DNA of 64,000 nucleotides from Candidatus Poribacteria bacterium (GTDB lineage Bacteria; Poribacteria; WGA-4E; WGA-3G): NCBI GenBank assembly GCA_965215265.1, contig OZ244048.1, positions 3,104,001 to 3,168,000 of the forward strand, read 5' to 3'. Shown piece by piece: positions 56,702 to 64,000 of this stretch (position 1 is its first letter; each line of letters starts with the position of its first letter). The notes under the pieces were generated by a model. It saw only the letters and a program-made list of their open reading frames with translations, ran no database searches and was not told where the DNA came from. The position numbers and the translations under genes were made by a program.

Positions 56702-58194
56702 TAAAACAGCGTGAAGATATAAGGCACAAGGACTTTTTGGTAAACCGTGATTGTGCCGAAGATTGAATAGAATCCGGCACACAACAATAAACCGATCTGT
56801 TTCCATAGGGGTGGCTGTATCTCCTTTGGTAAAAACTTCCGATTGACGTAAAAGGTATGCAGAGAGGTAATTACGAGGAGGTAGCCGCCGACCGTTGCCG
56901 AGACTAAAATCATAAAGAACGGTTTGGCGAGATACATCGCGATGACACCCCACACGATATAGATGAGCAGAATTGGATAGTAGATCCATTTTGCATTGTG
57001 TTCCCCCATTTTCCTCGCGCTTTTAAATCCTGTCCAAATAATATCCGTATACCGGCGCGGGACACTGTCCACGCCTCCGAGCTGTGTTGAAAAAAGGACC
57101 CAAAAACCACAGAGCAGTGTGAGGTACCAGAGGATTCTACCGCCCTTTTCGGCGAGTCCTTCGGCTTGAAATGCTGCTGCCGACCACTGGTCTATTTCCT
57201 GGCCAGACGGTACGAAAGCCAATGTGAGCATTGCCGGAAGTGCGAGCCCGACGAAACAGCCGATTAACCAGATATAATACTGCTCAAACCGGGTGTATTT
57301 CCACCATTCACGGAAGCGTTGGAGGTTTTCAGGCGTGATACGAAATACCTTTCCCCAATGTGAGAGTGTGACGTGTTGTCCGCCAATAATTGAGGGGATG
57401 GCCCCGACGAGACTGCTCATGCCCCAGCCCTTATCTCGTACGTAATTCGTAATTGTGACGTTCCCTAAGCCGCCGCTGCCGGCGTATGCGGCAAAAGCGC
57501 CGAGTAGTATCCAATCTATTTGTCCATTTCCGGCTGCGGCTGGCAATGTGCCGAAACTCACGAACCCTTTGATAACGTTCCACCACACTTTTGGGGGTAC
57601 CAGAAACAGGTCTATGATGACAAGGTAGCCGATGATCCAAACCACCATAAAGAGCTGCACTTTCTCTAGTGCGTTGTAAATTTTGCCGCCAAAGAGTACT
57701 ATGCCTAAGCAGGCGAAGAAAATGAAAAAGGCGAAGAGTCGGACGGTTCCGCCGTCGGCTTCTGCTGGCATGTACCCTAACCATGCGGCGGCGAGTGCTG
57801 TCGCTGCGGTCATGGCCCAGCCTGGCCAAATTCCGAAAAAATCGACGGCGGCGTAAAAAATCGCCCAGAATCGTGCGCCCGGTTTACAACGCATATAACC
57901 GCTCAACATCGGCTCGCCGGTATACAGTGTATAGCGAATTGCCTCGGTATTTAGAATCGCCTGAAGTATAATTGCAATCGTGGCGATCCAGAGCAGCCTG
58001 CCCCCATATTGTGCCGTGATTGCTGGTCCTAACAACCATTCGCCGCTGCCGATTGAACCGCCTAAAGCGATGATGCCGGGACCTAAGATGCTGCGAAACG
58101 CTTTTCCAAATTGATAGCGTGGCGGTGCCGGAAGTTCTGCAATGTTCCAATCCGGCAGCGCTCCACCTTGAATAATTTCTTGTTTTTCAGCCAT
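56701..58194 (-). CDS. Nramp-like (APC superfamily) transporter
   Basis: LGPGIIALGGSIGSGEWLLGP, E..RYTLYTGE, about 11 TM helices. Confidence 0.85.
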   Translation of the reverse strand: MAEKQEIIQGGALPDWNIAELPAPPRYQFGKAFRSILGPGIIALGGSIGSGEWLLGPAITAQYGGRLLWIATIAIILQAILNTEAIRYTLYTGEPMLSGYMRCKPGARFWAIFYAAVDFFGIWPGWAMTAATALAAAWLGYMPAEADGGTVRLFAFFIFFACLGIVLFGGKIYNALEKVQLFMVVWIIGYLVIIDLFLVPPKVWWNVIKGFVSFGTLPAAAGNGQIDWILLGAFAAYAGSGGLGNVTITNYVRDKGWGMSSLVGAIPSIIGGQHVTLSHWGKVFRITPENLQRFREWWKYTRFEQYYIWLIGCFVGLALPAMLTLAFVPSGQEIDQWSAAAFQAEGLAEKGGRILWYLTLLCGFWVLFSTQLGGVDSVPRRYTDIIWTGFKSARKMGEHNAKWIYYPILLIYIVWGVIAMYLAKPFFMILVSATVGGYLLVITSLHTFYVNRKFLPKEIQPPLWKQIGLLLCAGFYSIFGTITVYQKVLVPYIFTLF

Positions 58195-58197
58195 AGT

Positions 58198-59226
58198 TTA
58201 CCATTCCCAACAGATGCTGACGTTCAGTTTTTCGGCAATGTCAGCGAGGCTCCGCAAATGGTCTGCGTGAATCGGGATGCCACTTTTAATCCAGTTATCG
58301 TAGTTATTCCACTCTATTTCACCAGGGAGATATGCCTGCTCTACCCCTTCTGCTGTTTTTGAGTTGTGAATTTTATGTATTCCGTTCTGAATTTCTGCAA
58401 CGTAGCCGTCATAATCGGTGAAGTTAGCGATATTAATTGCCATAAAGAAATGCTCTGACGGATCGTCTGACTTATTGCATGCCATTAGCCCTCCGCTCAA
58501 AGGTCCGGCTAAGATGCCCATAATAAGAGCCAGACCGTAGCCTCTCGCGCCTGATGCGGGTGCCAATAAACGTCCTTTATTGGGGTCCTCGGTAGGCTGT
58601 CCTTCGTCGTCCAAAAGCCAGCCTTTGGGAATCGGTTTTCCGTACATCCGGAGGGTGCCGATCTTTCCCCACGCGGAAACGCCACACGCCATATCCAGTA
58701 CAATCGGATGCTGATTACCGGTAGGCAGTGCATAACTCATCGCGTTGTTTGCGACGACCGCTTGCGCACCGCCTGGTGCTGCAACAGAGGGACCGCCGGT
58801 ATTTGTCGTTGAGAAACCGACCATCTGCTTGGCTGCTGCCATAATGGAATAGCATGCCGCTGCGCCGAAATGCCCGGCGTTCCTAACACCTACGGCAGCA
58901 ATACCTGTTACCTTCGCTTTTTCTATCGCTGTCTGCATTGCGAACGCACTTGCCAGATGTCCGATACCGTTATCACCGTCAACTATAGCAAAACTGGGTC
59001 CCTCTGTAACAACCCGAAGATCTGGTTTGGGGTTCATCTTGCCGTCCAGAACTTGATTTAGGTACCCCGGCAATGCACGGGTGCCGTGTGAATGCACACC
59101 ACGTAGGTCAGTCTGTACCTGAAGGTTCGCCATCTGTTCCGCATCTTCTGGACGCAGTCCTGCTTTTAAACAGAGTGTCCGCGCGAATTCGTGCAACTTT
59201 GCTGATTCTATCACAATTTCCTGCAT
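58198..59226 (-). CDS. Ldh_2 family (type 2 malate/L-lactate dehydrogenase-like) oxidoreductase
   Basis: DLRGVHSHG, VDGDNGIG, HFGAA, VLDMA, YLPGE; GAGGAG RBS before MQEIV. Confidence 0.9.
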   Translation of the reverse strand: MQEIVIESAKLHEFARTLCLKAGLRPEDAEQMANLQVQTDLRGVHSHGTRALPGYLNQVLDGKMNPKPDLRVVTEGPSFAIVDGDNGIGHLASAFAMQTAIEKAKVTGIAAVGVRNAGHFGAAACYSIMAAAKQMVGFSTTNTGGPSVAAPGGAQAVVANNAMSYALPTGNQHPIVLDMACGVSAWGKIGTLRMYGKPIPKGWLLDDEGQPTEDPNKGRLLAPASGARGYGLALIMGILAGPLSGGLMACNKSDDPSEHFFMAINIANFTDYDGYVAEIQNGIHKIHNSKTAEGVEQAYLPGEIEWNNYDNWIKSGIPIHADHLRSLADIAEKLNVSICWEW

Positions 59227-59324
59227 AACATGCTCCTCAATAATGAATTCGGAATCCATTTTAGCAAAAACCTATTTATGAATCAAGGGTAATGCGAACG
59301 TCTCTGACGTTTCTGTTTTTTTGG

Positions 59325-59353
59325 TTGACAAAGCGGTCTGTTCATGCTACCAT
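59325..59353 (+). promoter_or_regulatory. sigma70-type promoter for the HNH/R-M genes
   Basis: TTGACA-17 nt spacer (with TG)-TACCAT. Confidence 0.55.
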
Positions 59354-59477
59354 TCTTATCAGTTTTGCTCCGGAAGAGAGACACTCAGCAATATGGACTT
59401 GTAAGAGGAACGGAAAAAGGGTGATGCAAATGGCCATCATCCTAGGGGTATTGAAGGACAACCAGGAGGAAAATGTA

Positions 59478-60365
59478 ATGTATACCAATCCACTTTTAGA
59501 AACGAGGCAACTTTTTGAAAGTTTCTTCCCCGAACCAACTCTTCGTGCACGTTGTTTATCCTGGTTCGCAGAAAGCATCACAAACGCGCACCGGTACGCC
59601 CCCGGTGAATGGACGGTTCGTCTTCATATTCGTAAGCCTAAGCAAATTTACCTTATCGTTGGGCATCTAGTTCCATTCTCGGTAGTACAAGGAAATATCT
59701 GGATGGCTTTGGATCAGCAGCAACTAGAGGCACACCCTCAGTACACGGAGTATCTCAATGAGGCACAGAGTTGGAAATGGGAAAGCGGACGCTATGCATA
59801 TTTCAAACTTGTTCCATCGCGGAACGGTTGCTATTTTCCGGATGCAGACCCTTCTCAAGAACTCTGGCCCCGAGTTTGGAAGCTAAATTCTACTTTTGTC
59901 AAGCGCATAGGTGAGTTAAAGCGCAAGCTTCATCCGCAGAGTCGAGGAGGCTACGAGCCAGCCATAATAGAATATTTACGCCAAGAGTTGAAAACGTCTC
60001 TTCCAGAACCGGCAACCGATTCAGCATTGCCGGAAGAAATTGAGGGCACCGTTTTCTATGAAGGTGCACGCAAGCAGATCTCAGTAAATGCTTATGAACG
60101 GAACCAGGGCGCGCGACGTATCTGTTTACAACACTATGGCACTCGGTGTACAGTGTGTCTGCAAGATATGTCCGAAATCTACGGCACGGTTGCTGACGGA
60201 TTGATTCATGTTCATCATCTGAAACCGTTGAGCGAGGTTCAGGAGGGTTATGAGGTAGATGCGATTAGAGATTTGCGTCCTGTTTGTCCGAATTGTCATG
60301 CTGTGATCCATCGTCGTAAACCGCCATATACAATTGAAGAGGTCAAAAATTTTTTGAATAGGTAA
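59478..60365 (+). CDS. HNH endonuclease (McrA-like type IV restriction candidate)
   Basis: EGA..VNAYERN..AR..C..HYG..CTVC, IHVHHLKPLS, VCPNCHAVIH; AGGAGG RBS before MYTNP. Confidence 0.88.
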   Translation: MYTNPLLETRQLFESFFPEPTLRARCLSWFAESITNAHRYAPGEWTVRLHIRKPKQIYLIVGHLVPFSVVQGNIWMALDQQQLEAHPQYTEYLNEAQSWKWESGRYAYFKLVPSRNGCYFPDADPSQELWPRVWKLNSTFVKRIGELKRKLHPQSRGGYEPAIIEYLRQELKTSLPEPATDSALPEEIEGTVFYEGARKQISVNAYERNQGARRICLQHYGTRCTVCLQDMSEIYGTVADGLIHVHHLKPLSEVQEGYEVDAIRDLRPVCPNCHAVIHRRKPPYTIEEVKNFLNR

Positions 60366-60378
60366 GGCTGGCTCGCAG

Positions 60379-62466
60379 ATGATAAAAACAGATATGATCC
60401 AAAAGATACTCAGGGATAGTGATTACCACTTGAATCTCTTTGCACAAACTGAAATTCAAGCGGTTTGTCAGAGAAGTTTTAAGGAAACGGTGAAGGGAGA
60501 TCAGGAGGCATATTTTATTCGCTGCACTATTCGGAATAAGGTTGTGCCCTTAAAACCGGAGGAACTCATCCGCCAACTTTATGCGGTACGGCTGATTGAG
60601 AAATACGGATACCCCAGCACGCGCCTAGCATTTGAGTATTCTGTCAGTTTCGGTCGGGAAAAGAAACGTGCCGATATCGTTATTGTTGACAAGGACAGGC
60701 CGGATACGCCTTACATTATCGTTGAAGTGAAAAAGCCGAAACTGCTGGATGGAAAAGCACAACTCCGTTCTTACTGCAATGCCACCGGGGCTCCTATCGG
60801 TGTGTGGACAAATGGGCAACAAATCTCACACTACCATCGCAAAGATCCGAATTATTTTGAAGAGATTACTGATATTCCTAACGCAAACCAAACCCTCGCG
60901 GATATCCTCAGTGAACGGTTTACCTTGAAGGATTTAATTCTTAAGGACAAATTGGTTACGGAACGTAAATCTTTAAAAGACATCATCTTGGAACTGGAGG
61001 ATGAGGTCCTCGCCAATGCAGGAGTAGATGTCTTTGAAGAGGTCTTCAAACTCATCTTTGCTAAACTCTATGATGAATCACTGAGCCATCAAGACAGAAG
61101 TGTTATTGACTACTTCGTACGTCAGACACAAGGCACCGACACCGTAACATACGAGATGGATTATGAAGTTATTAAGATGGGGGCTGAAGCGGTTTCAGAT
61201 GATAACTTTAGGGTAATGGCGTTCAGGAACACAGGGCAAACCGATGCAGAATTGAAGGTGAAGATTCAACAACTTTTCGACGATGCTAAAGAACAGTGGC
61301 AGGGGGTTTTTCCAGAGGGCTCAAGGTTTCAGCTCTCCGATAGTCATTTGGCAGTCTGTGTCTCTAGCTTGCAGGATGTCAAACTATTCAACTCTAATCT
61401 GCAGATTGTAGATGAAGCATTCGAATATCTCGTCAATAAATCGGCAAAAGGTGAGAAGGGGCAATACTTTACGCCCAGACATGTGATTGACATGTGCGTC
61501 AAGATGCTCAACCCACAGCCGGGTGAATATATGATTGATACTGCTGCCGGGAGCTGTGGATTTCCAGTCCATACCCTTTTCAAGCTTATCGGACAAACTT
61601 TCACCACTGCCTCAATTCCCCAGGAAGAGAAGCAACATGTACTCAAGGTCTTTGGGATTGACTTTGACGAAAAAACGGTCCGAGTTGCCAGAACCCTCAA
61701 CTTAATTGCGGGTGATGGCGAAACCAATGTGTTACACCTCAATACATTGGACTATAAACGTTGGGACGACGAAGCCGCGAGAGAAAGTCAGTGGATAGGC
61801 ACTTACGGCAGAGGGTTTGACCGGCTCAAAGCCTTAAGAGCAGAAGGAAACGAAAACCGACGGTTTAACTTTGATATTTTGATGGCGAATCCCCCCTTCG
61901 CTGGAGACATCAAGGAGAGCCGCATCCTATACCAATATACCCTCGGCTTTAAGAAAAATGGAAAGGCGCAAACTAAAGTGGGCCGCGACATCTTGTTTAT
62001 TGAACGCAATCTGGATTTTCTCAAACCGGGGGGACGCATGGCAATTGTCTTGCCACAAGGTAGATTCAATAATACATCCGATAAGTACGTCCGTGATTTT
62101 ATCGCCGAGCACGCACGCATATTAGCAGTGGTAGGACTAGATATAAACACCTTCAAACCCCACACCGGCACAAAAACGAGTGTTCTCTTTATACAAAAGT
62201 GGAACGCTGACCCGGCCGCAGGTCCACTGTGTCCAAAAGTGGATGACTATCCGATTTTTTTCGCCGTAAGCGAGAACGGTGGGAAGGATGCCTCCGGCGA
62301 TTATGTTTACCTAAAAACTAGCGATGGACATTACAAATTGGATGAAAATGGACATCTCATTGTTGAGCATGATTTGCATAATCACGAGGGTGAACTGCCG
62401 GATGGTATTGCTGAAGCCTTCATAGAGTGGGCAAAAAATGAAAAACTATCGTTTTGGGCGGGATAA
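60379..62466 (+). CDS. N6-adenine methyltransferase with N-terminal HsdR_N-like nuclease domain (type I-like/IIB-IIG RM subunit)
   Basis: KPEELIRQ, RADIVI..IVEVK, GQYFTPR, IDTAAGSCGF, ANPPF. Confidence 0.9.
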   Translation: MIKTDMIQKILRDSDYHLNLFAQTEIQAVCQRSFKETVKGDQEAYFIRCTIRNKVVPLKPEELIRQLYAVRLIEKYGYPSTRLAFEYSVSFGREKKRADIVIVDKDRPDTPYIIVEVKKPKLLDGKAQLRSYCNATGAPIGVWTNGQQISHYHRKDPNYFEEITDIPNANQTLADILSERFTLKDLILKDKLVTERKSLKDIILELEDEVLANAGVDVFEEVFKLIFAKLYDESLSHQDRSVIDYFVRQTQGTDTVTYEMDYEVIKMGAEAVSDDNFRVMAFRNTGQTDAELKVKIQQLFDDAKEQWQGVFPEGSRFQLSDSHLAVCVSSLQDVKLFNSNLQIVDEAFEYLVNKSAKGEKGQYFTPRHVIDMCVKMLNPQPGEYMIDTAAGSCGFPVHTLFKLIGQTFTTASIPQEEKQHVLKVFGIDFDEKTVRVARTLNLIAGDGETNVLHLNTLDYKRWDDEAARESQWIGTYGRGFDRLKALRAEGNENRRFNFDILMANPPFAGDIKESRILYQYTLGFKKNGKAQTKVGRDILFIERNLDFLKPGGRMAIVLPQGRFNNTSDKYVRDFIAEHARILAVVGLDINTFKPHTGTKTSVLFIQKWNADPAAGPLCPKVDDYPIFFAVSENGGKDASGDYVYLKTSDGHYKLDENGHLIVEHDLHNHEGELPDGIAEAFIEWAKNEKLSFWAG

Positions 62467-62467
62467 T

Positions 62468-63906
62468 TTGGTTATAAACGATTTACCCCCCCCCGAAAAA
62501 TTTTTTTCACATTCGTTAAAAATTACGCTGAGACGCAAGAGGCTGAACGCATTGATGCCGATTATTTCCACCCAAAATATGAGGCCATCATCATGGCTAT
62601 CAAAAACTACCCAGGTGGATGGGATACATTGGGAAATATAACTCACTTGAAAGATACAATTTTCAAACCCGTGAGTGGAACTGAGTACAAGTACATTGAA
62701 CTTGCGAATATCGGAGCGAATGGCGAAATAACTGAATGTATAATAGAGAAAGGACAAAACTTACCAAGCAGAGCGCGGCACAAGGTAAACTCTGGAGATG
62801 TTATTGTTTCATCTATAGAGGGCTCTTTGGATAGTATTGCCTTGATAACTGAAGAGTATGATGGAGCCCTTTGTTCGACAGGATTCCATGTTATCAATTC
62901 AGATGTATTAAATTCGGAAATTTTGTTCGCTTTCATGAAAAGCAGAGCCGGCCAGTTGCAACTTAAAAAAGGGTGTAGTGGAACAATCCTTACAGCCATT
63001 AACAAATCCGAATTTAAGAAAGTCGTTTTACCACTGTTTATCGCATCTAAACTCTTCAGACTCTCCATCGTGGACACCGTTAGAAATTCTATTTCGTGTC
63101 TTTCCAGATCCAAGCAGATTTACGGAGAAGCTCAAACCTTTTTCCTCTCCAATTTCTGCATTGCTAATTGGAGACCGGGACGGAAACTCACCTATGTCAA
63201 GAGTTATGCCGATACGCGGCATGCTGAACGAATGGATGCGGAGTACTTCCAGCCGAAATACGATGACATCATCAACACCATTAAAGAATACCCAGGCGGA
63301 TGGGAGACTTTGGGTAACCTAGTCACGCTAAAAAAATGTGTTGAGATAGGAAGCCGAGAGTACTTTGATGAAGGTATCCCTTTTATTCGTGTAAGCAATC
63401 TTGACCTGTTTGAAATCACGGAGGAGAAGTACATTTCCGAGGAACTGTACACAGCACTTTTGCAACATCAACCAGAACAAGGCGAGATCCTGCTCAGTAA
63501 GGACGGAACCCCGGGCATAGCTTATCATTTTCGCGAACAGCCTCCCAAAATGATTCCGGCATCCGGTATACTCCGATTGAAATGTAAAACGGATAGAATT
63601 CGAGCTGAGTATCTAGCGTTGGTCCTTAATTCAATTCTAATTCAGGAACAGGTTAACCGAGATGTCGGTGGTTCCTTAATTCCCCATTGGCGGACCAACC
63701 GGGTTGCCAGCACCCTTATTCCTTTATTGCCCGAGGAGAAACAGGTTAACCTTCAGCAAAAAGTCATCGAAGCGTTTAACCTGCGTAACCAATCCAAACA
63801 TTTGTTGCAATGTGCTAAACGGGCCGTGGAAATCGCTATTGAGCAAGATGAACAGACTGCTCTCGACTGGCTGGAACGAGAATCTCGTGCACGCCCAAAA
63901 AACTAA
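62468..63906 (+). CDS. hsdS: HsdS-like specificity subunit with two TRD repeats; 5' end out of frame at a C9 tract (62486-62494)
   Basis: Internal repeat RIDADYFHPKY..YPGGW / RMDAEYFQPKY..YPGGW. The first copy lies upstream of the called ATG 62593 and has no in-frame start. Confidence 0.75.
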
Positions 63907-63930
63907 AAAAGGGGTGAAAATTAAAAAATG

Positions 63931-63960
63931 TTGACAAAACACGCGGTTTTAGCGTAAAAT
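63931..63960 (+). promoter_or_regulatory. sigma70-type promoter for the gene beyond the window
   Basis: TTGACA-18 nt-TAAAAT, then an AAGGAG RBS at the window end. Confidence 0.55.
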
Positions 63961-64000
63961 TTTGGACAATCGCTAACGTATTTAATACCACCAAGGAGAT

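Overview
Bacterial chromosomal window, probably Candidatus Poribacteria. That assignment is an inference from the C-terminal V-x-P-x5-TTSWG-x-LK tail, a DLNGDGVVNILDLV dockerin-like repeat and PhyH/TolB-type genes. Housekeeping content: infA-rsgA, rluD, iscS, lpoB, thrS, tRNA-Gly/Cys/Val and a hemB-hemL-ispB-sirC-ccsA-hemA-hemC-cobA/hemD tetrapyrrole operon. Four accessory features stand out. (1) A direct-repeat-bounded island (about 38.7-51.1 kb, minus strand) looks like an undescribed peptide-modification system. It encodes an ECF sigma factor, two GT4 glycosyltransferases with N-terminal RRE-like domains, a 95-aa five-Cys precursor with a prepilin-like leader, an A24 prepilin peptidase, a multiheme cytochrome/DsbA-like fusion, a two-repeat Pro/Ser-rich secreted peptide and a sugar-phosphate nucleotidyltransferase. 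(2) A homolog of eukaryotic selenoprotein N is split by the ORF caller at an in-frame UGA (SC-U-GSG) that is followed by a bacterial-type SECIS hairpin. (3) Two tandem type III Mod methyltransferases with different TRDs, plus an HsdS-like gene, are each one base out of frame at a 9-nt G/C tract. (4) Candidate structured RNAs and small ORFs lie at about 7.0-7.3 kb and 56.6 kb. Type ISP, HNH and type I-like restriction genes occupy the right end. No database searches were run, so all family calls come from motif recognition.
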